This document shows, piece after piece, positions 27,076 through 39,404 of a stretch of 64,000 nt of DNA. This DNA comes from Octopus sinensis (Eukaryota). The notes beneath the pieces were generated by a model. That model did no database searches. It had not been told where the DNA came from and was given only the letters and a program-made list of their open reading frames with translations. Position 1 is the stretch's first letter; every line of letters begins with the position of its first letter. The stretch lies in contig NC_043001.1 of assembly GCF_006345805.1 (NCBI RefSeq), positions 4,402,001 through 4,466,000 of the forward strand, read 5' to 3'. Position numbers and translations under genes: made by a program.

Positions 27076-27094
27076 GTCTACGTCATCTCTGATA

Positions 27095-27206
27095 AAGCTT
27101 GGGTTATCTAGAACTTAAAATATACCAATCATAACTACAAAAATATGGTACATCATTTCATTGCTATTTAAAGGAGAATTGGAAGAGGTACTTAGATGAT
27201 TGCACT
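27095..27206 (+). mobile_element. Inverted partial copy of the Penelope RT segment
   Basis: Matches the reverse complement of about 26686-26790, including the RYLDDC codons, with divergence. Confidence 0.8.
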
Positions 27207-27879
27207 CAGGTACTATAAGACCGAACACCGTTTGAAAATCGGTGATCATTCGAAGTCAGTGACCAGCTGTATGACTTTGTGTCTCTATAATGATTCATAA
27301 TAATGATTTTTATACCTCATAATTCCATCTCAAATCAACTAATTGTATATGTATATATTGACTTTACTTGAAAAAAAAAAGCCTTTAATTTTTATATCTA
27401 ATGTGCATTTTCTTTGTTTCCTTTTTACTTTCCCCCTATTTTTACCACGTGTTGTCTTTCTTCTTCGGAACCTATTCCTATAATATATATAATAATGATA
27501 AGGAGATTGGAAACTTTACACATCCATAATTTGATTTATAACTTTTATATGACATATTATTTCCTAGACCTACACGAATTTGAACTCTGCACCTGAACAT
27601 TTCTGGATATGCAACCTAGTCTCATGGTTGGTGCACTTCCGTTAGGGTCGTTCACCGTACACAGTATCGAAAATATTATTAATTGCTGTAAGGAAAATAT
27701 GGAGTCTGGTGCAGGAGACACGGAATTACCCATCCAGAGAGGTTACCAGGCCTTAACAACTAATTGTCAGCATGAGTAATTACTGACAGACCGTCGTGGG
27801 TAGATGGCATCTGGAACGGACTTCACTGGAAATTCGGGAGCCACTTTGGATATCATATAACTTTAAACATTTTTTAAAT

Positions 27880-28002
27880 ATATATTATATAATACACACA
27901 CACACACAAGTATATACACAAAGATAAATGCCTATATAGATTACGAGGTAGACAGATAAGTAGATAGATATGCATGCATATATATGTATATATATGTCAG
28001 GA

Positions 28003-28073
<71 letters not shown>

Positions 28074-28195
28074 TATATACATATATTTGCATATATGTAT
28101 ACATATATATGTAAGCATGTACATATATAGAGAGAGATTTATATATATATACATATATATACACACACATACATACATATATATATATATATAAA
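27880..28195. repeat. Compound TA/CA microsatellite
   Basis: Simple repeats. Confidence 0.9.
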
Positions 28196-28397
28196 GAGCA
28201 TGAACAATTTAACTTTTATTTTCTACCACTAACGATACTGCAACTTTACGTGATAAAACCGCCCTCCTAAAAGTGATCATAGTTTATAGAAGATTTATAT
28301 ATTTTTGACTTATCTACATTTTGATGTTTGCTAGTTGCCGGTTCTTTTGCGTAACGGCATAATATATTTGCTGTGTTATTTTGCCATATGATTAATA

Positions 28398-28602
28398 CGG
28401 TGAACTGGCAGAAACGTTATCACGCCGGGCGAAATGCTTGCCGGTATTTTGTGTCTTTACGTTCTCAGTTCAAATACCGCCGAGGTCGGCTGTGCCATTC
28501 ATCTTTTCGGGAACGATAACTTAAGTACCAGATGCGTACTGGCGTAGTTCCGATCAACTGGCACCCTACCCCAAACTTTCAGGCCTTGTTCCTAACGTAT
28601 AA
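28398..28602 (+). mobile_element. SINE family A2 monomer, diverged
   Basis: Head, body and aaactttcaggccttgttcc tail. Confidence 0.75.
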
Positions 28603-29258
28603 CCGAAAAAATGAAAAAAAGATTTTGCCTTATGATTACTTCTGATTTCCCATTGCCGCTGCATACCAATGATCAGTTTCCTGCCATTCTCTCCTCTGCT
28701 CAGTTTATGACCTCTATTTTATCTCTACCATTTTGCAAATCACATCTCTGTAAGTATACGCATAACAACAGAATTAACCAACAGTTCAAAGCACATAATC
28801 ATATTATGGAATTATTCATTAAAGCTCACAAAATAAACTTAAATTCCATGGGTTTACCGCGGAAAGTTCACCGTTATCATTCTTTCGAATGCAGAAATTT
28901 AGGTTCTGTTCTTGTGAATCGGTTAATTTCACAAATGGGACGAAATATCTCCTTTGTCTCAAAGAAGAAACTTTGATTTATTTCATCGATATCCTTCTGA
29001 TTACGGTTCTTCAATATAAATTTAAGTCACTGAGCTTGCTTTATTATAAAGCAACATCGTTTTATCTCAAAATATATGTCCGATGGGTTTTATGAATGAC
29101 TTAAAACTTGGGGTGACCTCTGAAATCTTCTGATACTTAACGTTCTTCTGCCTAGTTTATGGGCAGATTCCAAGGGTATCAGGCTGATGGTGCAGATTTT
29201 ATAAGACTTTGCAGAAAAAGTAAATTTACAACTTGTAGTAAAATGCTGCAACAGCGAG

Positions 29259-29289
<31 letters not shown>

Positions 29290-29292
29290 ATA

Positions 29293-29379
29293 CTTTATTC
29301 AAAAGCAGCAGAAATTTCAACAAAACCTGTTACTCAGAGTAACAGGTTTTGTTGAATTTTCGGCTGCTTTTGAATAAAG
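29293..29379. repeat. Palindrome: 43-bp arms, 1-nt loop
   Basis: Centre tactc-a-gagta at 29336; 2 mismatches; directly after (TA)n. Confidence 0.95.
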
Positions 29380-29449
29380 CATATTAATCTACCACTGGTA
29401 TTTGAGTACTCTTTTTCCCACCTTGTTTCACATTTATGTGTTTACTCTG

Positions 29450-29497
<48 letters not shown>

Positions 29498-30253
29498 CTT
29501 ACATGTACATATAGCGAATATTTATCTACTGATAAGTTTGAGTGTGACTGTGTATATATATATATATGGTGAGAGAGAGAGAGAGAAAGAGATAGATAGT
29601 GTGTGTGCGTGTGTGTGTGTAGATGTAATATACACATTAGAGCGCTAGAAAGAACGGTGGTGTGAGGTGACGTTGTGAGTTCTCTCTGCATAATAAACAT
29701 TCTGTGATGCGGCTTATATTGACTTATATTTGCACGCGAAGCAAAATTAATATGAATCTTGCTCTACGCAACGTTGGGTATTATTTGAATTGTAAATATT
29801 TTTCAATCGCTTTACCTGTTCTACTAATGTACATAAAATGCACGTTTACATATATTTGGAAGCAAACCATCTTGCAACGGGAAATTTTGGAGAGAATCCA
29901 ATCGTGAACCATTGTCACACATATCCTTCATTTCGTTACAAGTATTAATGCCTATAAATATATACAGCAAATCTAGTGTGACATTTCCAAGAATTTCCAT
30001 TTATGTGCCCAAAATTCTTTTACTTACTCTCTTCAGTAAATTCACTTTTGTTTTTCCTGCTCTGCTGTGGGAATCCCTGATATTGAATTTCTCAACACTT
30101 CCCATGTGTTTCGTTTCCTCTTTCCCTGCAATCAATCCAATGATGAATTATATGTTCTTACAGTGTCCTCAGTATATTCTTCCTGAAAACGTTTAGTTTG
30201 ATATTTCAGTACTTCAGATCAGAAATAATTTCCAGCCTACATCAATTAACTAT

Positions 30254-30478
30254 GGCGGGTAGCTAGCAGAACCGTTAGCACTCCGGATGAAATGCTTAGC
30301 AGTATTTCGTCTGCCGTTACGTTCTGAGTTCAAATTTCACCGATGTCGACTTTGCCTTTCATCTTATCTGGATCGATTAATTACGTACGAATTATGCACT
30401 GGGGTCGGTGTAATCGACTTAGTCCCTTTGTCTGTCCTTGTTTGTCCCTTCTCTGTTTAGCCCCCTGTGGGCAATATA
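30254..30478 (+). mobile_element. SINE family A1 monomer
   Basis: Head, body and gtttagccccctgtgggcaata tail. Confidence 0.8.
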
Positions 30479-30494
30479 AACATATATTTTAAAA

Positions 30495-30552
<58 letters not shown>

Positions 30553-30979
30553 ACTAACATAGTACATTTTATTCTATCTTTAGTCTTTTCCTTCGTGGAC
30601 TGCGACCAGGCTGGGGTACCGATCAAATTATTTAGTCGAATAAACATCAATGCTTAATTTTCAGTGTTTTACGTCCTCTCACAGTCGGTTTAGCAGAAGC
30701 GATCCAGTTCACGTAGGGAAGCAAAGAAATTGCGGCTGCCAAGTGATGGTGAGGAGATCAAATTTAAGCAGAATGGCCCCACAGAAGTACATTAATTTAG
30801 TTGTGTCTGTGTCTGTATGGGTTTTGTGGGGTGTGTTTTTAAAATAAAGTCCGAAAATCTTCAAACCATGTCGGTTTGAAAGTTTTAAAACCATTGTATT
30901 TCAAGCTCTTCGGCCCATCTTCGGAAAGTTACACTCAAACAAATTTCTTCCTCCGTAGATGCTGCCATTTGGATAGCAT

Positions 30980-31700
30980 CAAGGGTAGTGATATTCCTTC
31001 ACTCCGGGACTTGTGCTATCTGCAGCAGCTCCTCAAATTATGGTAATGATGGTACCGTAGAAACCACATGGAGGTGGGCTTGAGGAACGATTGTACGTTG
31101 TCAGCGATGGTGATGAAGTTGGTTGTCGATGATGGTAAACGTTTTGGTAATTATTAGGAATGGCATTGCCAGCAATGGTGATGGTTTTATTTGCGATGGT
31201 AGTAGGAGTCGTAGTAGCAGTCTGTTATGGCGATGGAGGTGCATTTCATTGTAGCAGTCGTTGGTAAGGTGGTAGGAGAATAGCAACAATGCTCATCGTT
31301 TCAATGTACGACAGTGACGGTGTACGAACCGTCGGCGAACTTGCGAACAGTACAAATCCCCGCCGTAGTCATGTTGGTTGTGGATACTGAAAGTAGGGGA
31401 AATTTTCCAGTTGACAGGAGCCACCGATCCAACAACGACCGACTATTTGTCATCAGCCGAAGTCGGTGAATAAATGAGGATTTCTTGATTCGGGGATATT
31501 CCTCATTTCTTTTCGTGACCAGCTGCCGAGTGCTGATATCGAAGGTGGTGTTGCCATTGGATTGAATGTTTGCGGAATGAAGACGAGTTGTTAGAAAGGT
31601 ATCCTTAAGACGGATATGGAATGTCCGGAGGCAATACCAATTTAATAGTCCTCGAATTGGGAACACCGTATCTGGAACATCACCTATGTTCAACGACACG
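30980..31700 (-). mobile_element. Possible degenerate Gypsy gag fragment
   Basis: 137-aa ORF, a Ser/Pro-rich linker, then a C.FY..YH.(F)GAAA-like segment reminiscent of gag CWYH..FG..A..C; weak. Confidence 0.3.
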
Positions 31701-31709
31701 TTGCTGTGG

Positions 31710-31897
31710 TACATTATTTACATTGTTTACATTGTTTACAATTGACGGATATTTGTCCTCATCTTGTTTGTTGTTAACACAATGTTTCGGCTGATATACC
31801 CTCCAGCCTTCTTCAGGTGTCTTGGGGAAATTTCGAACTTGGGTTCTCATTCCTAAGTTATTTTTCCATTTTGCGATTATTATTATTATTATTATTA

Positions 31898-31938
<41 letters not shown>

Positions 31939-32078
31939 TTTGTTGTTGTTGTTGTTGTTGTTGTTATTGCTGCTGTTGCTGTTGTTGTTGTTATTGTTAT
32001 TCAGGTCACTTCTTGGAATCGAACTCGGAATCTTTGGGTTAGTAGCCCGCACTCTTAAACACTACGCCATATGTCCAC
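31710..32078 (-). mobile_element. Family C: tRNA-like head + (AAC/AAT)n + hammerhead-bearing tail
   Basis: Head tggcgtagtg...gagttcgattcc; microsatellite about 31875-32000; tail with hammerhead and (gtaaacaat)n repeats; homologous to 53266-53542. Confidence 0.85.
31776..31821 (-). ncRNA. Minimal type I hammerhead ribozyme motif (Penelope-type)
   Basis: RNA: GACAC CUGAAGA A GGCUG-10nt-CAGCC GAAA CA UU GUGUU; stem I GACAC/GUGUU, perfect 5-bp stem II. Confidence 0.75.
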
Positions 32079-32084
32079 GGCCAA

Positions 32085-32168
32085 ATGGCGTAGTGCTTAA
32101 CAAGATGAGAAAAAATATCCGTCGAATATAGATAATGTACATAATTCTTCATCTCGTAAATATAGAAC
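32085..32168 (+). mobile_element. Inverted partial copy of family C (head start fused to distal tail)
   Basis: atggcgtagtgcttaa followed by caagatgag..aatatccgtc..tacataattcttcatctcgtaaatatagaac. Confidence 0.7.
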
Positions 32169-32511
32169 GTTGCTCTTGCGCTGCTCAGTCCAATTTACCC
32201 GTGCAAAAGGCTATTCTTCCATGTGTGATCTCCTCGAAGACTTGTGTAGATGCGATGTTATTTTGTATGTTGCCGGTGTTTGAACTGATGAGGAGGGTTG
32301 ACTTACACAGGGGCTTCTGAGAAACACTCACACAGAGAGTAAATGAATAAAAAAATAGACAGACAGATAGATACTTAAATAGTTAGACAGACATACTGAC
32401 AGATAGATAGATTTAATGACCAAATTCTAAACGGTAATATCCATTCTGTTGACTATATTAGAAAACCCTGACTATGGTTTATACTTCATATAATCATTAT
32501 TTGTTGAAAAT

Positions 32512-32715
32512 AAGGCGGCGACTTGGCGGAAACGTTAGCAAGCTGGGCGAAACGGGCGTCTGTCTTTTTGTTCTGAGTTCAAATTCAGCCGAGGTAGAGT
32601 TTGCTTTTTATACTTTCTGGGTCGTTAAAGTAAGTACCAGTTGCGTACTGGTGTCGATCATATCAACTAGCCCGCTCCCCATAAAATGTTGTGCTTTGTT
32701 CCTAGAGTAGAAAAG
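32512..32715 (+). mobile_element. SINE family A2 monomer with 13-bp TSD
   Basis: atttgttgaaaat at 32499-32511 and 32716-32728. Confidence 0.85.
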
Positions 32716-33436
32716 ATTTGTTGAAAATTATCCGCGTCAATCGTAGCTTTTTATAACTAAAGACAGAAATGTGTAATGGACAGAGAACGAAACACGAATA
32801 CACAATATACCAGACCAAGCTGACTTTATCAAAGTTTCTTCCATTTAACCCTGTAGTCGTAGAGTAATTATGAAAAGGCAAGGAGAAATTTCCAATATTT
32901 GATTCTAACTCTGTTTATTTAACCAGTGTGTAATATAATTAGTTTCACTGTAAGGTAATGAACCATTCAGCAATTAAACTGAATTAAACAGTGCATTCAG
33001 TGCTATACTAGCAAGTCATTGATTGATTTATTTCGAATATTACAAGATTAGATTGTGGCTGGAAGTGTTTTGCACGTTGCCCAAAGATAGAGCATACAAC
33101 TATTGAACGAAAACAAACACTTGAGCTGTCATCCAAGGCCTCTAATTTCTTTAGTTACCCCAAATAAACTCATTTCTTTAATATTATTTCCAGTAATTTT
33201 CTTTTATTAGTTATCTGGAAAGTTTACTATTCAGAAAAATAAATTGGAATGGATGTTGTCGGGGGTGAAGAGTGAAAATGTTGATTGCAATAAAATTATG
33301 AGATGTAGACTTCACCGTGAAGGATGCGGGGTACATTCAAGAATTCCGTGTGAAGTAAGGAAGGAATATAGGTTTTAAATTCAGTTTCGATCTTTATATC
33401 TATATGTCTGTGTGTGTTTGTGTATATATATATATA

Positions 33437-33440
33437 TAGG

Positions 33441-33476
<36 letters not shown>

Positions 33477-33497
33477 CACACATACAGACAGATTGAC

Positions 33498-33540
<43 letters not shown>

Positions 33541-33600
33541 CACACATACAGACAGATTGACAGATAGATAGATAGATAGATACTTACATACATACATACA
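33437..33600. repeat. (GATA)n compound microsatellite
   Basis: GATA/GACA tetramers with an internal duplicated block. Confidence 0.95.
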
Positions 33601-33985
33601 TAGAAAGGGGACAAGCTAAGAATATACAAGAATGATGACGGTAAGAAGGAAAGAGTTGATACACGGAATTATATTTAGAGATTGCAGATGCAATGACGTA
33701 ATATGTGAAAAAAGTAGATTATAAAACAATGACGAAAATGTAAGATTAAGAGTCGCTGGTCATCCATATTAACATATTATTTAATTGGTTGGAAACTTTC
33801 ACGAATTAATCTAAAAAAGATCGTGGTGGAAATTTCGGAATCTATTTACATCTGAACTTAGTCAACATGCGTTTGGATTCAATACCAAGACAGTCTTCTT
33901 TTACTAATGAATACATACCTATTATCTTTCTACAATGTAAGACTGAATGTGTTTATTAAGCGCTTCAGTACGAATCTAGTTACGA

Positions 33986-34194
33986 GGCGCCGGGCTGGCA
34001 GAAGCGTTAGCATGCCGGGAGAAATGCTTAGCAGCATTTTGGTTGTCTTGACGTTCTGAGTTCAAATTCCACCGAAGTTGACTTTGCCTTTTGGTCTCGA
34101 TAAACTGAGTACTAGTTGCGCACTGGAGTCAATCAAATCGACTGGCCTCCCCCCAAAAAAAATTTCGGGCCTTGTGTATAGAGTAGAAAAGGAT
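33986..34194 (+). mobile_element. SINE family A2 monomer
   Basis: Head, body and aaatttcgggccttgtgtatagagtagaaaag tail. Confidence 0.8.
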
Positions 34195-34986
34195 ATGAAT
34201 GTATTTGTGACTCATAATTATGTAATTAATTTTGTCATTTATACTATTATACAGACGATAGGAATATAGAAATAGACATTTCTTTTTCTAGTGGAAATCT
34301 ACCTCCAATTAGTAGACGGTCATCCATAAGGGGTAACGTTTCATGCTATTACGCGTTTAATTAAGAACACACCTACGTATCCTAATTTCATGTAGTTCAA
34401 AACCACGAACTTTTCCGTATTTTCATATGGTCACTCGAAGTCTTTGATTGTCGGTTGGGCAGCCATCGCATTTGTAATTATATCACCTTTGTGTCTTTCA
34501 ACAGCAGCATATATCAGTAACAGTTATTGGAGTTAACAATTCATAAAGTATATACGAACACATCGACATGTTCGATGAAGAAAAGGGTTGTCTTAAATAA
34601 AAATCCATAGGCATTTATATGAATATTGGAATTACTTCTTTTGAACATGGTGTTGAGAGGATCATTCCGTTATGGACTCCACGCATAGGTTGCCTTCACT
34701 CAAAAATAGTAGATTCATGCAGAAAGTTATTGGAGTGTACTATCTACTTTAAAATGCCAGCAACGCTTCAATTTGTGTTTGTGCTTAAACTGTCTATTTA
34801 TTTCAAATATTGCAAAAGGACCCGGTTACAAAAATGGAAGGTGTGCTTATAACCTCTTTTCAGTTATACTTTTACAAAATAATATTTTCTGTTTGTCCTT
34901 TTTACGAATCTTGATTTTCGACCGATTATATTTGAGAATGACATTGGCTATTTGCATTCTTATTTATATCGTGTAGGGTTCCTTAA

Positions 34987-35018
<32 letters not shown>

Positions 35019-35265
35019 GGGTGTGTGTGATTGTGTATAGAAGAATATATTAATAAAAAGAATTCCAAACCTTGTCTGATTTTCACGTTTTATTTACAAT
35101 CTTATAATGATATATTATAAGATAATATATTATAATTGAATAAAATAAAATGAAATAGTAGAATGTTAAATATTCATTCTGATTGAACTAGTACTTTCAT
35201 GCATTGAATTCTGCAATCTTCGGGTTCATGTAGTAGTGTTGACAGTCATGCTTCACAATTTTTGA

Positions 35266-35304
<39 letters not shown>

Positions 35305-35539
35305 TATATATATACTGTTGTGTCTGGGGACAGTCATTTTCTTTTTGTGCCTTATAATGTAACACTCTCACCGGTAAAATTTCCACTTATTTCTTATTTT
35401 TATTTTTAAGTGGAAATTTTACCGGCGAGTGTGTTATATTATAAGGCACAAAAAAGAAAATGACTCTCCCCAGATACAACAGAATATGCTTCAAAACACG
35501 AACTCATATAAAAAATCTTGCAAATCAAATCCCAAAACG

Positions 35540-35580
<41 letters not shown>

Positions 35581-36088
35581 ATATATATATGGGTGTGTGT
35601 GATTGTGTATAGAAGAATATATTAATAAAAAGAATTCCAACCTTGTCTGATTTTCACGTTTTATTTACAATCTTATAATGATATATTATAAGATAATATA
35701 TTATAATTGAATAAAATAAAATGAAATAGTAGAATGTTAAATATTCATTCTGATTGAACTAGTACTTTCATGCATTGAATTCTGCAATCTTCGGGTTCAT
35801 GTAGTAGTGTTGACAGTCATGCTTCACAATTTTAAAAATTGTAGTAGTGTTGACAGTCATGCTTCACAATTTTAAAAATTGTGAAGCATGACTGTCAACA
35901 CTACTACATGAACCGAAGATTGCAGAATTCAATGCATGAAAGTACTAGTTCAATCAGAATGAATATTTAACATTCTACTATTTCATTTTATTTTATTCAA
36001 TTATAATATATTATCTTATAATATATCATTAAAGATTGTAAATAAAACGTGAAAATCAGACAAGGTTGGAATTCTTTTTATTAATATA
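35019..36088. repeat. Complex repeat: 244-bp unit twice direct and once inverted, 40-bp tandem duplication, internal hairpin
   Basis: Units 35019-35262 and 35591-35833; inverted copy 35875-36088; 35801-35840 = 35841-35880. Confidence 0.93.
35315..35482. repeat. Foldback palindrome, about 75-bp arms
   Basis: ctgttgtgtctgggga...ccactta / taagtgg...ccccagatacaacag; starts right after (TA)n. Confidence 0.92.
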
Positions 36089-36481
36089 TATATATATATA
36101 TGCTTACATACACTGCTGCTGCTGCTACTGCCACAGCTAAGCTGCTGCTACGACTGCTACAACCAATGAGCTGCTGGAACCCCAACCAACACTCATTGCT
36201 GCTACGGCCGTTTCAGCCACTGACCATTACCTTAGTTTTATTCGAACACACAAGACAGCTATTATGCTCACTCCCCACAAAAACCACCACGTGGATTCTG
36301 CTGAGACCAGTAAGAAACAATAATGAACTTTTTATTACACTTAACTTTTTTTAATATTTTTGATGAAGTTCGTTTTTTCAAGATGAACCAAAACACGTAA
36401 AATTTCTAAGAAAATTAAAAATGGCGTTTTCAAACTTCTTTTTTATAAATATATACCCACTCGTATACGACCTACACTTAT

Positions 36482-36532
<51 letters not shown>

Positions 36533-39019
36533 GAATACAATTAGATGTTATTTCAGCAACCTACGGTATGCTAATAAGGTGAACACGTAATCGATACGTT
36601 CATCTCTAGTATCTTACATGAGGATATGTTATTGAACCCGGACTGATAAATTGAAGGTGGTTAGCTAAATTACATAATACATTTTGTGTGGCTGTCTACA
36701 GATTCTGGTTTACTTTTTTCCTCAAATAACACTTCATATTTGTAAAGCTTCTTCAGAAATGGAAATCAAAGTACGAGAATAATAGCAATTCCGAGCGTAG
36801 GTGTGAGTTTTAGGAAGAAAAGATAATCATTTATGTGTACTGTGTTTATTCAATTCGGCGAGGCATACAGGATGAACATTTACACAAATACTAAACATGC
36901 GAGTATTATAACATCAGTGAGAAATATTAAATCATGCTTATGCACGCTTACATCAATATTGTGCTGCTATCAAAGGCCAAATGATTACCTCAAACTTATT
37001 CTAATGGATTACAACTGCATTGACAACTGAAAGCGAATTCAAAACATCTGCTAGTATCAAAGATACGAGGAATATATTAGGAGCATAAGAGGGGTACACT
37101 TAGTAAATAGAACATTTGCAGTACACTGAACATATTTGATGTAATAATTTAGAAATATAAAATTGCTGAAAGGAAATTAATGCAAATATATATGGACTCA
37201 CATATACCAAACCCACAACTAATCAATTATATGTCTAAATATACATGTAAACTGATGCAGCAATAGAAACAGGACGCATAAATACTTGCAAAGGAGGACT
37301 GGTTAATATGGCTCACTTAACCAAGAAACGTTCATCAAATTGTATTTGAATCTCTTTCTGTATTGTACATCGATGTCAATCACTGCTTTATCAAAATATT
37401 TATAAAAATTTGAACTAAGAAACTTCTATCTATTTTCGGAATTTTTAACTGTTGATAACTAATTAAATTTTATATTTTAAAGACAGAGATATAACTCGAT
37501 GTAAATATATTGACAGAGAGACCAACAATCAATGCACACAAACCCGCATGCATATTATATATGTATTTATCATTAATTTAATATAAAGCTCAGAGTATGT
37601 CGTACTAATGTTCATATATGCCTTCGCATGGGAAGATGTCATTATATTGACGGATAAACTAATAACAGCATTTGTATATCAATTTCCTCTTCCCCCTTAC
37701 CAATAAACATCCAATTTAAAGGTATTCTACGAGAAACAGTAAAGAATTTTCATTCAATATTAGAATATATTGAGTTAAGCTAGACTAGTGCCATTTCTCT
37801 CTGCCTGATAATAAAATGACCATTAGCTGTTAACTATATGCATAAGTAGGTTAGCAATATGACATCAAAAGATGAAATTGTATGGATATCTTATTCATAT
37901 TGTAATTTAGTAGGATTTGTTACTTTCTATGAAATATTTTCACTTCGGTATACAATATTCTCACTTTGGCAAGTTCTGCATCACCAATAAAAGACAATTT
38001 AATGAGAAGCAAAGGTTGCTTGCAGTGATTTACTACTTTTTGAAATAGATTTTTTTCTCTCGCAGCCAACACAAAATACAGAAGTTTCTGATTTATGTCA
38101 GGAAAGAGAGCATATAATCTCTTAGATGGTGTTGGTTAAGATCCTCTGCTAATCCTCATTAAAAGAAGTAAGCAAGTCGTGGCTACTCTGATGAAATTAC
38201 TAGGTTATCTTATCTTCAGATTTTTATTGTTACAATATTTCCTTTCTTCATATACATATAAATATATATAATTAGTGACAGAAGGTGAGCAGTAAACTGA
38301 AGCTTTAAAATATCAAAGAAACTTTATACAAAATATGTTGATTCATAAAGCACGGTAATAAATAATGGAAGAAAAAAATATTTTTATGGCGTAAAGTAGT
38401 AAAGAAGAGCTAAATAAATAAATGATAATTTATGATCATATTTTATTTAGTAAATTAAAACGAGAAAAAAATTATCTAATAAATATTCCTTACTAGAATT
38501 TAATTACGATTTCCATAAAAGAATGTATTTGTTAAGTCAGGCAGTCTTTGAGACACTAAATGAAATATATCAGCAATTTTCTCAAACCTGACAGCAAAAT
38601 CTATTCTACATCTATGTATGAATCCAATTCTTAGTACTAATATTTGTTTTTTTTTATGTGCAATCTTCTTGGTATGGCTAGAGAGCACCTCCCTATTCAA
38701 ACTAATTTATAAGTAGACATCATTAAGAAATCTAATTTTTGTACGGATTATATTTCCCCATTTCCCTTCTAGAGTATAATGACGGGATGTAATCGATTTC
38801 TATGACTCAGCGGCAAAATGAAAACTGTTGATCATGACTCAATATACTTGTAGGGCGCTGCACACTGATCTTTGCGCATGTTCTCCAGATATACAAAAGA
38901 AGATGTCGCAAAATGTAAATAACGTTGGTGAGCGACAAGGTCGGAAGCTTTGAAATAATGGATGTTTGCAGGAACAATATAGTGGCTAAGACTACGCGCC
39001 TTCATTGGTCAGTTAAATT

Positions 39020-39404
39020 TGAGACAGTGTCACGTGACAACTTGCTGAGGCTGCCTGCTGGAGCCTAGCAGCAGGTATTTGAAGGGGAACATTTGATAAG
39101 TCAGTCGCCCGCTGACACTCATTGACGCTACATCGAAGAGGACAGGGAACAGAAGAAAGAAGAAAGAGGACATGCACCCAACACCAGAGCTGAAGACACC
39201 TCCGAAAGGGGGGCTCCGCCACGTCCAAGCGGTAGAGGAGTAGGGGCCGAAACCGGGCGTGGTTACTCCTGATGACGTCGTGAGCTAACTGGATCCTATA
39301 AAGGAGCTGTTGTGGTAGCAGAACACGAAACGCGGTTGAAATTCCTGTTTTCTATACTAGCAACTCAAAAGAATGCACTCTCCATTCCACATACATGCAA
39401 CAAC
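39020..39404 (+). promoter_or_regulatory. GC-richer island, solo-LTR-like or promoter-like
   Basis: gtcacgtgac palindrome (39029-39038), tgacgt, tataaa at 39297-39302, ATTGG just upstream; no TSD found. Confidence 0.35.

Noticed and set aside
31301-31714. 137-aa ORF as a host gene
   Set aside because: Its ATG lies within the family C tail repeat; at best a decayed gag fragment.
32000-32078. tRNA gene calls for the heads at 32.0, 41.7, 44.1, 53.5 and 62.3 kb
   Set aside because: A/B boxes are present but there is no complete cloverleaf or Pol III terminator, and each continues into a repeat body, so these are SINE heads.
39190-39340. Two CUGANGA...GAAAC pairs suggesting hammerheads
   Set aside because: I could not form a credible stem II closure together with stem I pairing for either.
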